From Elusimicrobiota bacterium (GTDB lineage Bacteria > Elusimicrobiota > Elusimicrobia > UBA1565 > UBA9628), in assembly GCA_016234805.1 (NCBI GenBank), contig JACRNU010000055.1, forward strand, positions 14,039 to 78,038: a stretch of DNA of 64,000 nt, read 5' to 3'. A program made the position numbers and the translations under genes. This document shows positions 62,771-64,000 of this stretch, in pieces. Below the pieces are notes generated by a model that did not search any database, was not told the DNA's origin, and saw only the letters and a program-made list of their open reading frames with translations. The first letter of the stretch is position 1, and each line of letters opens with the position of its first letter.

Positions 62771-63551
62771 GAGCGTGCCGAAGACCGCGACCGACCACAC
62801 CCTCTCCGAGCTCATGACCGTGCAGGCCGCCAGGGAGCTCAAGGACGGGGACGTGGTCTTCGTGGGCATCGGCCTGCCCAACCTGGCCTGCAACCTGGCC
62901 CGGGCCACGCACGCGCCCAATCTCGTGCTCATCTACGAATCAGGCGCCGTGGGCGCGGTCCCGGACCGGGTCCCCCCCTCCATCGGCGACCCGGCCCTGG
63001 TCACGGGCTCGCTCATGGTCTGCGGCATGTCCGATGTCTTCCAGCTCGTGCTCCAGAACGGCAAGATCCAGGTCGGGTTCCTCGGCGGAGCCCAGCTCGA
63101 CCGGTGGGGCAACATCAATACGACCGTTGTCGGGCCCTACAGCCAGCCCAAGGTGCGCCTGCCCGGTTCCGGCGGAGCCTGCGAGATCGCGATCCACGCC
63201 CAGAGGGTCCTCATCGTCATGAAGGCCTCCAAGCGAACTTTCATGGAAAAGGTGGACTACATCACCAGCCCCGGCACCCGGCCCGGCGGCCAGCCGCGCG
63301 GAGGCGTGTCCCTGCCGGGCCGCGGCCCGGTCAAGGTCATCACGGACCTGGGCATCCTCGAGCCCGATCCCCAGACCGGGGAGTTCATCCTCACCTCCAT
63401 CTACCCCGGCGTGACCATCGAGAAGGTCAAGGAGAACATCGGCTGGCCGCTCAAGGTCCGCGAGCCCCTGGGCACGGTGGCCGTTCCCTCGGCCGCGGAG
63501 ATCACGCTCCTGCGCGAGAAGCTCGACCCGCAGAGGCTCCACATCAAGTAA
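62760..63551 (+). CDS. Family I CoA-transferase subunit B
   Basis: FVGIGLP, IYESG, GGAQLDRWGNINTT, LPGSGG. Confidence 0.88.
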   Translation: MATESVPKTATDHTLSELMTVQAARELKDGDVVFVGIGLPNLACNLARATHAPNLVLIYESGAVGAVPDRVPPSIGDPALVTGSLMVCGMSDVFQLVLQNGKIQVGFLGGAQLDRWGNINTTVVGPYSQPKVRLPGSGGACEIAIHAQRVLIVMKASKRTFMEKVDYITSPGTRPGGQPRGGVSLPGRGPVKVITDLGILEPDPQTGEFILTSIYPGVTIEKVKENIGWPLKVREPLGTVAVPSAAEITLLREKLDPQRLHIK

Positions 63552-63584
63552 GCCGCCCGGCTAGGCCCTGAACGGAGGCGTCCA

Positions 63585-64000
63585 GTGTCCCTTGTCATCG
63601 CGTTCGCGTCGCTGGCCGGCTCGATCGTCTTCTTCGTCATCGCATGGGGGGCGCGGGTCGTGGATCCCGCGGACCCGATCCTCAAACAGCCCTGGCAGTC
63701 CTTCACAGGCCGCTACAAGCTCATCGCTTATTCCCCGAAGGGAGCCGCATATTCGATCTCCTGTCTGCTGCTGGCGCTCTCTTTCTGGACCGCCTTCTTC
63801 CGGACCCAGCACAAGCAGGCCGCGGACTCTCTCGCATCGCGTGTGTCTCTGTTTCCCGGAGCCACGTTCGAATCAGGGGCGAGTCTTCCTCCTAGATTCG
63901 AACGCATGTGGATATTCCAGACCTCGGGAACCGCCCGGGAGGTCGTCTCCTTCTATTCCAGGAACGCGTCGAAGACCGGTTGGACGGTCGAATCGGGGGG
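63585..64000 (+). CDS. Hypothetical membrane protein, 3'-truncated by window edge
   Basis: GGAGG RBS, GTG start, two hydrophobic segments, frame open to the end. Confidence 0.5.
   Translation, partial: MSLVIAFASLAGSIVFFVIAWGARVVDPADPILKQPWQSFTGRYKLIAYSPKGAAYSISCLLLALSFWTAFFRTQHKQAADSLASRVSLFPGATFESGASLPPRFERMWIFQTSGTAREVVSFYSRNASKTGWTVESG

Overview
High-GC bacterial chromosomal window. Gene content and style (PorV/PorQ protein with a T9SS-like CTD partner, SWIB protein, many stand-alone receiver proteins) suggest Elusimicrobiota, but that is inference only. In order it holds: (1) a molybdopterin-oxidoreductase-like gene plus nfnAB; (2) a ferritin-like gene and a 5'-nucleotidase; (3) a REC/TPR-barrel/sulfatase/HEAT/GT2/deacetylase exopolysaccharide locus; (4) a B12 radical SAM gene and a cyclase-like/GMC/GlpD operon; (5) an accessory island with a T9SS-like CTD protein, PorV-TPR, a two-component system, a candidate sRNA, a fibre adhesin with an orphan alternative tip, and two toxin-antitoxin pairs; (6) AGPS-like plus GDPD genes, a cytochrome c/CbiX-like operon, a MopE-repeat protein and a subtilisin; (7) an atypical type II FAS cluster with a broken fabH, an ACP-like/coiled-coil fusion and a PlsC-PPTase fusion; (8) SWIB, rubrerythrin, mnmA, two class III aminotransferases and a two-subunit CoA-transferase. 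Non-coding signals include a REP-like GGTGYCAG hairpin family, several short repeats sitting in-frame inside genes (one with a compensatory base change), and a recurring TANNNT-N6-start pattern indicating leaderless genes. No rRNA, tRNA, CRISPR array, integrase or transposase was recognised. All calls come from reading motifs by eye, without database searches.
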